A stretch of DNA of 38,668 nt, taken from IMG/VR virus record IMGVR_UViG_3300025536_000005, positions 1 to 38,668 of that record. The stretch is one strand, 5' to 3'. The DNA is from a virus. The position numbers and the translations under genes were made by a program. Positions 1 to 7,601 of the stretch are shown here, piece after piece; within the stretch, counting starts at the first letter, position 1; every line of letters begins with the position of its first letter. The notes beneath the pieces were generated by a model. It searched no databases. It was not told the origin of the DNA and was given only the letters and a program-made list of their open reading frames with translations.

Positions 1-127
1 CCTCCGACAGCGACTCGGCCGCACGCTGCGCGCGCTTGACCTCGGCGTCGGCCGCCTCGAACGGTTCGAGCTGCTTGCACAGGTCGTCGATTTCATCGTT
101 GAGCGCCTTGAACTCAGCCACGCGGCC
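1..127. repeat. Terminal direct repeat, copy 1 (identical to 38542-38668)
   Basis: Base-by-base comparison of both window ends: cctccgacagcgactcggcc...gaactcagccacgcggcc. Confidence 0.95.
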
Positions 128-268
128 GGTGTCGTCGCTCGACTTGAAGAACTCGACCTTGGCGAAGTCGCGAACCAACGGGTCGTCGGTCTTGGACTGC
201 TCGAGGACGGTCTTGAGGGTGTCGCGGCGGTTTGCGAGCTTGCCGCGCAGCTCCTTTACATCACTCAT
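1..268 (-). CDS. Major capsid protein, 5' part (N-terminal delta/scaffold-like coiled-coil domain); gene split by the linearisation point
   Basis: The ATG at 268-266 overlaps the protease stop (ATGA). It reads MSDVKELRGKLANRRDTLKTVLEQSKTDDPLVRDFAKVEFFKSSDDTGRVAEFKALNDEIDDL..., in frame with 37547..38668 through the overlap (268+995 nt = 421 codons). Confidence 0.85.
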   Translation of the reverse strand, partial: MSDVKELRGKLANRRDTLKTVLEQSKTDDPLVRDFAKVEFFKSSDDTGRVAEFKALNDEIDDLCKQLEPFEAADAEVKRAQRAAESLSE

Positions 269-990
269 GTGATTGCTCCTTGTGCGCGGTGGACTTCGGC
301 GCGCAGGAGTTCTGCAGCCATGTCCACCTTCGTGTTCTCTGACGGCTCGCTCGTCAGGACTTCGCGGAGCCTCTTGATCTGTGTGTCGAGTTCGGTCAGC
401 GCCTCGCGGGACGCCTCGCCGATCTCCTTGCCTTGCGATGCGCGAAGGGTCTTGACCTCTTCCGCGCGGTCGAGCACGCCGGTTATGTCGGTCACGACCG
501 ACTCGATGTGCTCGGAAAACTTCATGTCGCGGCCCTTGACGGCCAGCGTGCGGGTGCCGATGCCTGCGCCCAGCAGCACCGGGGAGACTTCGTGAACCTT
601 CACGCGCTTGAGCACCTGCACGCTCTCGCCCTCATGGACGCCGGGTTCGGCCTCGATCACGTCGAAGCCGTAGCTGTACTCCTGCAGGTCGCCCAAACCC
701 TTGATGACCGCGAACGTGTCGGACCCTGCCTGCGTGTCAAGGAAGAACTCTCCCTCGAACCACGCCTTCTGGTCGTCCTGGTGGATCGTCGCCTTGCCGA
801 CAGGCAGCGCGCCGTCCCATGACTTGTGGTTGTAGGCCGAGATGCGAACCTCGGCACCGTCAGCGAACGCGCCGGGCAGCGTCACGTCGCCGTCGTGATC
901 CTTGACGTTGAAGGTCGAGAAGACTGCGGTCACAAGACCCTTGTCTGCATCGGTGATTTTCAGCCCCTTGAGGGCCTTGGTGCGTGACAT
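265..990 (-). CDS. HK97-family prohead maturation protease
   Basis: 241 aa between the portal and capsid genes. Carries the FSTFNVKDHDGDV...ISAYNH...SYGF pattern typical of S78/U35 prohead proteases, with a C-terminal coiled coil. Confidence 0.8.
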   Translation of the reverse strand: MSRTKALKGLKITDADKGLVTAVFSTFNVKDHDGDVTLPGAFADGAEVRISAYNHKSWDGALPVGKATIHQDDQKAWFEGEFFLDTQAGSDTFAVIKGLGDLQEYSYGFDVIEAEPGVHEGESVQVLKRVKVHEVSPVLLGAGIGTRTLAVKGRDMKFSEHIESVVTDITGVLDRAEEVKTLRASQGKEIGEASREALTELDTQIKRLREVLTSEPSENTKVDMAAELLRAEVHRAQGAIT

Positions 991-1008
991 AGCTGCGGCT
1001 CCTAACCG

Positions 1009-3084
1009 TCAGAGGGATTCAGCGACTACGGGCGCCCACGAAAGTGAGCAGTTGGGGTGCGTCAGGTCTTCGCCGTCGGCATCCTCGAATGTGAACTCTT
1101 TGCCCGCGCGCTCTTCGCACTCGGGGTCGTGCTCGTCACCGATCCGCGCGTCGAAACAGAGCAGCGCGGTGACGTTGGGTGCGTCCTTGTACGCCTGAAC
1201 CGTTGAGGCGTTCTGCGCGTACTTGGTCTCGGCGCGAGCGATCAGCTCGGCGCGATACTTGGGGCCGGCGTTCACGAAGCGGCCGGCGGGCACGTCCTCG
1301 CGGATGCGACGTGCGATCTCCTTTGCGCCCTGCCCCTCTTCGCGGCCCTGCTCGATGGCACCGACGATGCGCTCGCGCGTCTCGTCCTCAATGTCCTCCA
1401 TGCCGAGCTTCGTGCCGCCTCGCGCGATGATCTCTTGGGCGGCCGGGTCGGGGATCATCACCCCGAGATCCATCACGCGGTTGATCGTGTCGACGGTCTT
1501 GGTTGCGGTCTCTTCGTAGTGGGCGCGGACGGGCTTCTTGACCTCGCTTTCGAACCAGTCGTTCGTCTTCAACTGGTCGAGCACGTCATCGGCGATGCTC
1601 GGGCCTGTGGCCTTGAGCGCCTTGGGGAGGTCTGCTTCGGTGACCGTGGCCTCGAAGGCTTCGGCCGCCATGTCGCCCAGCCGGTCGAATGCCTTTTCGA
1701 GCTTGGCCGTCAGTAGGCCGGTGAGCGCATCCGCGTCGCGGTCGAGCTCGTCCATCAATGCGTCGATGGCGATCCGGTTCTTGAACTTGGCCGGAAGGTG
1801 CGGGTTGGCCTTGAGCTTCGGTGGCGCGGCGGCCGGCGCATCGACAGCACGCTCGCCCTGCGGCACTTCGATGGCCGAGTACGGGCGCAGGTAGACCTCG
1901 TCCGACTCTTCGGCGTCAAGGCCGAGGGCGCGACGCGCTTCGGCAACCGTGCGGACGCCGTCCTTGACCTCGCGGCCCATGCGCTCGGAAAGCTTGTCCT
2001 TGTCTTCTTGCAGGACGCGGATGCCGGACGTGTCGAAGGCGAAGCGCCAGAGGTACGGGTCGTCCTCGAACATCGGCAAGAGCTGGAACCTGATCTCTTC
2101 GGCGATCAGTCCTTGCGTCGGGATGATGCACTCTTCGTAGGCCGCCTCGCGCGCCTCACTGAAGTTTGCGAAGGTCGAGCGGTCGAGTCCGGCGCCAAGC
2201 CCCGCGACGATCGCAGGCACGCCCAGCACGGCGGTGACGCGCTCTTCGGGGATGCGGCGAAGATCCTTGAGGTCGAGTTCCTTCGGCGAGAATCCGAACG
2301 GCTGCACGCGCGTCTTGCCCGATGTGACCAGCGGCTCGCCGCGCTTGTCACCGGTGAAGTTGGCTTGGACGTGCTCCTTGGCGGCGGCGGCCTCTTCGTC
2401 GGTCAGCGTGTAGTCGCCGTCCGGGGATATCACGAGGCCAGGCACGCCCATGTTCTTCAAGAGCTGCGCCGTGAAGTTGGCCGCCTCGTCATCGGTGAAG
2501 ACCTCGCGCAGCACCGACTTGAGCGGAGAGCGACCCTTGCGCGGGTTCTCGGGGTCGACGCCGTTGCGGAAGTGGATGACCTCGTCTGGCTCAAGCCGGA
2601 TGGCGATGCCGTTGGGCTTGTACTCGTAGTGCGTGATGAATTCGGTAGCGGTTCCCTTGGGCTCCATCACGTTGGCCGGCGTCCACCAAAGCTCGCGTGG
2701 CGTGCCGCCACGGTCGCGAATGACGATCATGTAGCCGTTGCCGTCGACGAACCAGTCAGCGATCACGGCCGCCCAGTTGGTCGCGCCCGAGTAGTACGGG
2801 TTCGGACGGGCCAAGAGTCGCAGCATCGGGTGATCGGGCTGCTTCTCTTCCTCGTCGCCCTCGACCTTCCAGAGCGTCGGCACGGCGGCAGGGAAGTTGC
2901 GGCCGATCCACTCAAGCGGCGCGACCACGGTCGAGCTGTTGGTGCCGTCGCCTACCGCACTCTGGTAGTCGAAGCGGCTGCCGGGAAGCCGAAAGAGGTT
3001 CCATGCGTTGCCACGACGGAAGACCATCTGGCCGAGTGCTTTCGCCCCGCGCGCTGGCGCTGTGAGGATCTGCCGTGCTTTCAA
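1009..3084 (-). CDS. Portal protein fused to a C-terminal MuF-like (SPP1 gp7-type) head morphogenesis domain
   Basis: 691 aa with a TTG start preceded by AAGGAGAG. The N-terminal ~420 aa are portal-like. The C-terminus carries AELIARAETKYAQN...DPECEE...THPNCSLSW, matching the MuF ARTE / D..C..C / HPNCRC signature. Confidence 0.8.
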   Translation of the reverse strand: MKARQILTAPARGAKALGQMVFRRGNAWNLFRLPGSRFDYQSAVGDGTNSSTVVAPLEWIGRNFPAAVPTLWKVEGDEEEKQPDHPMLRLLARPNPYYSGATNWAAVIADWFVDGNGYMIVIRDRGGTPRELWWTPANVMEPKGTATEFITHYEYKPNGIAIRLEPDEVIHFRNGVDPENPRKGRSPLKSVLREVFTDDEAANFTAQLLKNMGVPGLVISPDGDYTLTDEEAAAAKEHVQANFTGDKRGEPLVTSGKTRVQPFGFSPKELDLKDLRRIPEERVTAVLGVPAIVAGLGAGLDRSTFANFSEAREAAYEECIIPTQGLIAEEIRFQLLPMFEDDPYLWRFAFDTSGIRVLQEDKDKLSERMGREVKDGVRTVAEARRALGLDAEESDEVYLRPYSAIEVPQGERAVDAPAAAPPKLKANPHLPAKFKNRIAIDALMDELDRDADALTGLLTAKLEKAFDRLGDMAAEAFEATVTEADLPKALKATGPSIADDVLDQLKTNDWFESEVKKPVRAHYEETATKTVDTINRVMDLGVMIPDPAAQEIIARGGTKLGMEDIEDETRERIVGAIEQGREEGQGAKEIARRIREDVPAGRFVNAGPKYRAELIARAETKYAQNASTVQAYKDAPNVTALLCFDARIGDEHDPECEERAGKEFTFEDADGEDLTHPNCSLSWAPVVAESL

Positions 3085-3093
3085 GGTCTCTCC

Positions 3094-4386
3094 TTAGAGG
3101 AATCGCCAACTCGACTGCTTGCCGAGCATCAGGTCTGTGATTGCCCAGACCAGCGCGTCCAAGCGGTCAGGGGATTTCTCTTCGCCCGGAACCCATGTGC
3201 AGCATTCATCCTCAAGCTCAGGGAACGCTCCGACGTGGTGCACGCGGCCCTGTTCGTAGAGCGCGGAGACGGGCTGTGCGCGGGTCTGCTTGCCGCGCGA
3301 GGCGTTGACCGCCTTGTACGAAACTGTGGGGTCGACGGTGCGCAGAACTTCCTCGACCATCTCGCCGCCGTTGTTGACCTCGGCGACGATCCGGTCGGCA
3401 TCGTGGTTCTCGTAGGCGCGGACTGCGCGGGTGCCCCAGCCCTTGGGGGCCATGTGGCAGGTCTTGTCTGCGAGCACGTAGGCGTGTCCGTCAACGCCGA
3501 GCCCGGCGACCATGATGCCGGTATCGTCTGCGGTCGGGCCAGACGTTGCGGCCGGGTCGATCGCGACCACCACCACGGTCAGGTCAGGCGCACTCTCCAC
3601 GCGGAACGCATCGAAGTGCTTGCGCTTCCAGAGCGCGCCCGGTGTGTCGTCGAGTAGTTCGCCGTAAAGCTCCTGCCTGCCGAGGCGCGTGCCCTCGTAC
3701 TTGGCCTTCATCCGGTCGACGAACGCCTTGGGGTTGTGCGGGTTGTCGAACAGCGAGACGCCGTTGACCAGCGCGACGCCCACGGTCTCGCGCACCTCGC
3801 GGTACGCGGCGATCGACCGCGGTGTGGTGCTGGCGATCGAGTGCGGGTGTTCGCCCATGCGAAGACCGAAGGCCGCTTGATCCCATGCGTCTTTGAGCTG
3901 GGGGTTGGCGGCCATCTCTTCCCACCAGTCGATGTGCCGGTTGCCGCCGGCACGCAGACGGTCGACGTCGCGCGGGGTGTAGGTGCCGAGCACCAGCGCC
4001 TCGGAGCCATTGGGCCAGACGAGCTTTGCGCCGCCCGGTGCCGATGCGAGGAACCTCACGTCCGGGTCGATCGACTGGATGCCCGATGGGCCGGTGATGC
4101 AGGCCTCTACCGCGTCACCGAACGTCGGCGCGATGATGCGCCCGCGGTGGCCGGGGTTGGCGCGCATGTACCCGGCGAAGTACCGCGAGCACGCTTCGGT
4201 CTTGCCAGCGCCACGCCCTGCCTCGAGCAGCCAGAGATCCCAGTCCCCGTCGGGCGGGTGCTGATGCGGCTCTAGCTTCGGGCGATCCTGCGGCTCCCAC
4301 GGTGGCGGGTCGAGCAGGTCTGCGGCGAAGGCGAACGGGTCAGGCTGCCTTGCCTCCGTTGATAACGGTGAAGTTCTTGCGGACAA
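3094..4386 (-). CDS. terL: Terminase large subunit
   Basis: 430 aa with a Walker A motif LLEAGRGAGKTEA and a C-terminal nuclease-like acidic region. Positioned immediately upstream of the portal gene. Confidence 0.9.
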   Translation of the reverse strand: MSARTSPLSTEARQPDPFAFAADLLDPPPWEPQDRPKLEPHQHPPDGDWDLWLLEAGRGAGKTEACSRYFAGYMRANPGHRGRIIAPTFGDAVEACITGPSGIQSIDPDVRFLASAPGGAKLVWPNGSEALVLGTYTPRDVDRLRAGGNRHIDWWEEMAANPQLKDAWDQAAFGLRMGEHPHSIASTTPRSIAAYREVRETVGVALVNGVSLFDNPHNPKAFVDRMKAKYEGTRLGRQELYGELLDDTPGALWKRKHFDAFRVESAPDLTVVVVAIDPAATSGPTADDTGIMVAGLGVDGHAYVLADKTCHMAPKGWGTRAVRAYENHDADRIVAEVNNGGEMVEEVLRTVDPTVSYKAVNASRGKQTRAQPVSALYEQGRVHHVGAFPELEDECCTWVPGEEKSPDRLDALVWAITDLMLGKQSSWRFL

Positions 4387-4933
4387 CCTTCTGCACCTCC
4401 GGGGTCAGCGGCACGTCGAGGTCGGCGAGGATTCCGCGGACGACCTGCGCCATGAGCTGACCCTGCTCTTCGGCCATGCGGACGCGGCGCTCTTCGATGC
4501 CGACTGCGATGCACGTCTTGGCGACGTCCACGAGCCGGTCACGCTCGCTGGCAAGCATCTGAATCCAGATGTGCGGCGTCTCTTCGGGGAGTGCGCCGTT
4601 GCCGCCGCCCTTGAGCGTTCGCATGGCGCTCTCGTCTGACAATCCTTGAACCTGATCGTTGAGGAACGCCACCCAGCCGGCCGTGCGATGGAGTTCTTCG
4701 ACCAGCGCCTCGTGCGGATCGATCACCCGTGAGAGGGCGAACTTCTCAACGGCATCGCGCGCCTGCTGCTTCTTGGCCGCCTTCTCGTGGTTAGGCGTGC
4801 AGCCGCCGTGCAACTTGCACGAGCCATACCCGACGTGATCGGTGCCGTGCCCTGCCGGAAGACCGCACTTCTTGCCGCTCCGGGTCTTTGCGCCGCATCG
4901 CTTGTGGCCTTCGCTTTTTGGCTTGCCGCTCAT
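4340..4933 (-). CDS. terS: Putative terminase small subunit with N-terminal Cys/His zinc-ribbon-like motif
   Basis: 197 aa directly upstream of and overlapping terL. Contains CGAKTRSGKKCG...GSCKLHGGC followed by a helical domain. Confidence 0.55.
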   Translation of the reverse strand: MSGKPKSEGHKRCGAKTRSGKKCGLPAGHGTDHVGYGSCKLHGGCTPNHEKAAKKQQARDAVEKFALSRVIDPHEALVEELHRTAGWVAFLNDQVQGLSDESAMRTLKGGGNGALPEETPHIWIQMLASERDRLVDVAKTCIAVGIEERRVRMAEEQGQLMAQVVRGILADLDVPLTPEVQKVVRKNFTVINGGKAA

Positions 4934-4936
4934 GGC

Positions 4937-5122
4937 CTATCGCCTCTGAAGCGCGTACCTGCGCGGTGTCGAACGGAAGGCGACGCGGTTGATGTTGAGC
5001 CCGCGGTACGGGTTCTTCACCGACGAATCGGACGGGTTCTCTTCGACCACCGGACTGACATACCGCCCAAGCGCCGCCCTTCCCCCACGTCCGAGGGCGT
5101 TGTTTCCTGAACCGAGTTTCAT
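4937..5122 (-). CDS. Hypothetical 61-aa protein
   Basis: ATGA overlap with the upstream gene stop. The frame is moderately GC3-rich and ends 3 nt before the terS start. Confidence 0.35.
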   Translation of the reverse strand: MKLGSGNNALGRGGRAALGRYVSPVVEENPSDSSVKNPYRGLNINRVAFRSTPRRYALQRR

Positions 5123-5427
5123 GTGTCAGTAGTGCGAAGTGCTGCGGCGGCTTCAAGCAGTTCTTCGGGGGATGCTTCGGCTGTGTCCGGTATCAGTTCT
5201 TGGACTTTGGCCTCGGCCCGTTTCTTGGCGGCGAGGGATTCGAGCTTTTCGGCTTCGCGGATCACGGCGTCGTCTTGTGGGACGGTGACGCCTTTGGCGA
5301 GCTTGGCGATCTGTCGGTGCAGGCCATCGATGCGCTTCCGGTCGCCAGCATCCTCGGCTGCGGCGAGGGTCTTGCCCAGCGCCTCGAAGCGTTGAAGCTG
5401 CTGCTTAGTGTTTAGGTTCTGCGCCAT
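5119..5427 (-). CDS. Hypothetical helical protein (102 aa from MAQNLNTKQQ)
   Basis: The frame is GC3-rich, with AGGA 7 nt upstream of the ATG at 5427. Contains a copy of the LAA box (GAATCCCTCGCCGCCAAGAAA). Confidence 0.55.
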   Translation of the reverse strand: MAQNLNTKQQLQRFEALGKTLAAAEDAGDRKRIDGLHRQIAKLAKGVTVPQDDAVIREAEKLESLAAKKRAEAKVQELIPDTAEASPEELLEAAAALRTTDT

Positions 5428-6206
5428 GTGAGGTCCTGTATGTCGAATTCGTAGTGCCAAGTCTCGCCCGGTGGGATAACGGGTGGGCCGGTGTCGAATG
5501 TTGCCGGGACCCCGTACGGATCAAGCGGGTCAGCATCCACCAGAAGGTTGTCCGTTCCGCTGGTGTTTGTGTAGCGAGCAACGGCACCGAGTCCTGCGGG
5601 GATTTGGTTGTAGACCTTGTTGGTTGCGTGTCCGGCGAATCGTTGCCATGAAAAGTCTGCTGGTGTGAGCGTCACGTCGCCAGCGGAAAGATCGGCCTCG
5701 TAGGAGGCGTCTGCCACACAGGAGAAACCGCTGAAAGACGCATAAGCACCAGAAGTCAGCACGGTGCCGCCGTCGATGAACTGGATTCCACACGAGCCGT
5801 CTGGGGCGTTCAGCGCCCCGCTGACAGGTGTCAGGTATATCTGCTGGTTCCCCCCGCCCTCGTCGCCTATGACATCAACGTTGATCGGCTCGGTGAAGGT
5901 GTTTTCGCCGTCTTGCTGCGCCCAGTTGGTTGCGTCACGCTCGGTCGCCTCGGTGTTGACCGGATCGCCTGCGGCGTGGGCGGTAGCGGCAGTCCCTACC
6001 AGCGTGATCGTTGTGCCGCTGCGGCTTGCGGCGTTGAAGGGTTTGGTGTTGGGGGACGCTCCGACGGTGAAGCTGAACGGGCCGGTGGTCGGCATCTCGG
6101 TGCCGGGATCGCTTGTCAGCAGAACCGTGCCGTCGCCGATGTCGATGTCGGCGGCGAGCGTCGTGGTCGGATCGGTGGGGCTGTTGGCGTACTTTCTGCG
6201 GGCCAT
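5412..6206 (-). CDS. Tail-fibre-like / minor tail protein, displaced from the tail module
   Basis: 264 aa. The N-terminus LAADIDIGDGTVLLTS...GPFSFTVG...GTTITLVGTAATAHAAGDPV matches the conserved N-terminal motif of actinophage minor tail/fibre proteins. The rest is rich in beta-strand-type residues. Confidence 0.6.
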   Translation of the reverse strand: MARRKYANSPTDPTTTLAADIDIGDGTVLLTSDPGTEMPTTGPFSFTVGASPNTKPFNAASRSGTTITLVGTAATAHAAGDPVNTEATERDATNWAQQDGENTFTEPINVDVIGDEGGGNQQIYLTPVSGALNAPDGSCGIQFIDGGTVLTSGAYASFSGFSCVADASYEADLSAGDVTLTPADFSWQRFAGHATNKVYNQIPAGLGAVARYTNTSGTDNLLVDADPLDPYGVPATFDTGPPVIPPGETWHYEFDIQDLTWRRT

Positions 6207-6445
6207 CAGATCAGTCGCAACGCTTTCGACCGGTCGTGCCAGTCATGCACGACCAGCGCGACGCCTGCACCGAACGAGAACCCGCAGAGCAGCAGGCCGC
6301 AGAGGAAACCGTGGATCCGGTATCTGTCGAATAGCCAGAGGCGGCGGCTGCCGTCCTCGGTGTGTTGGAGGGTCAGGAAGTTCATGCGGCGAGCGGTGCG
6401 ATAGAGGTCGCGGCGCGACAGCGTGAATGTTCCGGTGGAGAGCAT
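6206..6445 (-). CDS. Small membrane protein (79 aa, C-terminal TM GFLCGLLLCGFSFGAGVALVV)
   Basis: Start moved to MLSTGTF at 6445, preceded by AAAGGAG. The stop overlaps the next start (TGATG). Confidence 0.5.
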   Translation of the reverse strand: MLSTGTFTLSRRDLYRTARRMNFLTLQHTEDGSRRLWLFDRYRIHGFLCGLLLCGFSFGAGVALVVHDWHDRSKALRLI

Positions 6446-6458
6446 TTCGCGGCTCCTT

Positions 6459-7046
6459 TCAGCGGCCCAAGAGCCGCAGTTCACACCGGCTGATGAGCTC
6501 GGCGCGACCGATCGAGTCGGTCGGGAAGTTGAGCGGGTTGAGGCCGACCTGCCGGGCGCCAGCACCCGTGTAGTCGATGCCGCGTCCGCTGATCGCTGGC
6601 CCCTTGTCGATCACGCGCAGGATGCCCTTGGTGCCTGCGGCCGTGACGCGCACTAGTCGCCTCGCCCATCGAAGGGCGCGCGGCGAGTTCCATCCGGTAG
6701 TTGCGGCGTACGGGTTGATCGCAAGGCCAGGGTCAGCGGTTGAGTAGCCGTAGGCCGTGCCACCTGCGCCCTCGGCCGGCGGGCCGAAGACCGAGATCCC
6801 GGCGACGACCACGTCGTCGGGTCGCTTGCACTCGCGTACGCGCTTGTAGACGAGTGCCTTGAGCTTGCGGTACGGCGCGATGCAGACGGGGCGGCGCTTG
6901 ATCTTGTTGCGGTCGATCTTGCGCTTCGTGACCGTGCGGTTCACTCGCAGCAGGTTGTTCCACTTGGCCGCGGGAACGGTGCGGCAGCCCTGCTCTACAG
7001 GGCGAAGAGGTTCAGCAGTCGCGCCAATCGCCGTGCCGGTGAGCAC
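6459..7046 (-). CDS. RlpA-like double-psi beta-barrel (lytic transglycosylase-like) wall hydrolase; the true start probably lies upstream of 7046
   Basis: LVRVTAAGTKGILRVIDKGPAISGRGIDYTGAGARQVGL matches the RlpA/DPBB pattern. The frame stays open to 7202 and encodes a TM helix (LALFCALALALIGIYVGAHVLTG), but contains no ATG/GTG/TTG upstream of 7046. Confidence 0.6.
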   Translation of the reverse strand: MLTGTAIGATAEPLRPVEQGCRTVPAAKWNNLLRVNRTVTKRKIDRNKIKRRPVCIAPYRKLKALVYKRVRECKRPDDVVVAGISVFGPPAEGAGGTAYGYSTADPGLAINPYAATTGWNSPRALRWARRLVRVTAAGTKGILRVIDKGPAISGRGIDYTGAGARQVGLNPLNFPTDSIGRAELISRCELRLLGR

Positions 7047-7601
7047 GTGCGCGCCGACGTAAATACCGATGAGGGCGAGGGCAAGGGCGCAGAAGAGCGC
7101 CAGTTCTTTGCGTGTGAGGTTGACACGTCGGATGCTTCCTCCAATGCAGGATTTCCACCCGTCCGAGATTGACGGTCGGCGGGTGCTCGACCCTCTACCG
7201 CGTCAGGCGGAAAGAGGGGGAGGGCATCCGTGCCCGAACGCTGGGGAGCGCGCTCGTCCTGAAGTCTTCGCGGCGCGACCCGCGCGATGATGTGTCGCGC
7301 GGGTACCGGCCGTCAGGTGCGACGGGAGTGGCCTGAACCGCTCGCCGTTGCTTCTCGGTGTTTACACCGAAGGGAAGATTCGCGGCCCACGGAAGTCCTA
7401 AGTCTCGTGACGATCGCCAACCCCCGGTTGAAGCGATCTGGCCGCTGGTCCGCTCGGTTCACCATCCGGGCGGAGTCTTTTGAAGAGGATGCCCGATTTA
7501 CGGCAGACGGGTATACAGCACGCACTTTCGCTACGCCGAATATCTGGGCGATGCGCGACACCGGGCGGACTTCGATAATCCGTGATGCGGCGGACGGAAA
7601 A
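7047..7601 (-). other. Long non-coding/leader region with several GC hairpins (possible late promoter or cis-regulatory RNA)
   Basis: No GC3-rich frame on either strand. Hairpins at 7222-7235, 7280-7302 (8-bp GC stem) and 7355-7370. GGAGGA SD at 7142-7137. Confidence 0.35.

Noticed and set aside
1798-3657. 619-aa plus-strand ORF, and many other long plus-strand ORFs (for example 433..822, 5764..6426, 9293..9985, 13413..14177, 17781..18971, 20758..21657, 27190..28143, 31135..32004)
   Set aside because: They run antisense to well-supported minus-strand genes (portal, terminase, tail and others). Their composition is Arg/Gly/Val-rich and low in complexity, with no recognisable motifs. Such shadow ORFs are expected in GC-rich DNA, where stop codons are rare.
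5227-5241. 15-nt identity GAATCCCTCGCCGCC between the late-region gene 5119..5427 and the early junction at 18409-18423, taken as evidence of a specific long-range repeat
   Set aside because: For a ~38.5-kb GC-rich genome, a handful of 15-mer matches are expected by chance (my rough estimate is about 5). This single pair is therefore not significant. Only the positional clustering of the boxes at early-gene junctions is.
7141-7260. c-di-AMP (ydaO-type) riboswitch upstream of the RlpA-like wall hydrolase
   Set aside because: Only GGTAGAGGG and CACCCGCCGACCGTCA resemble the conserved GGUAGGG and ACCCGA..CCGUCAGCUAACC elements, and several normally invariant positions differ. The G-rich 5' half (CGGGGGACCCA and GGGGUGAAUC) is not found upstream on the same strand. 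Kept only as a cmsearch suggestion.
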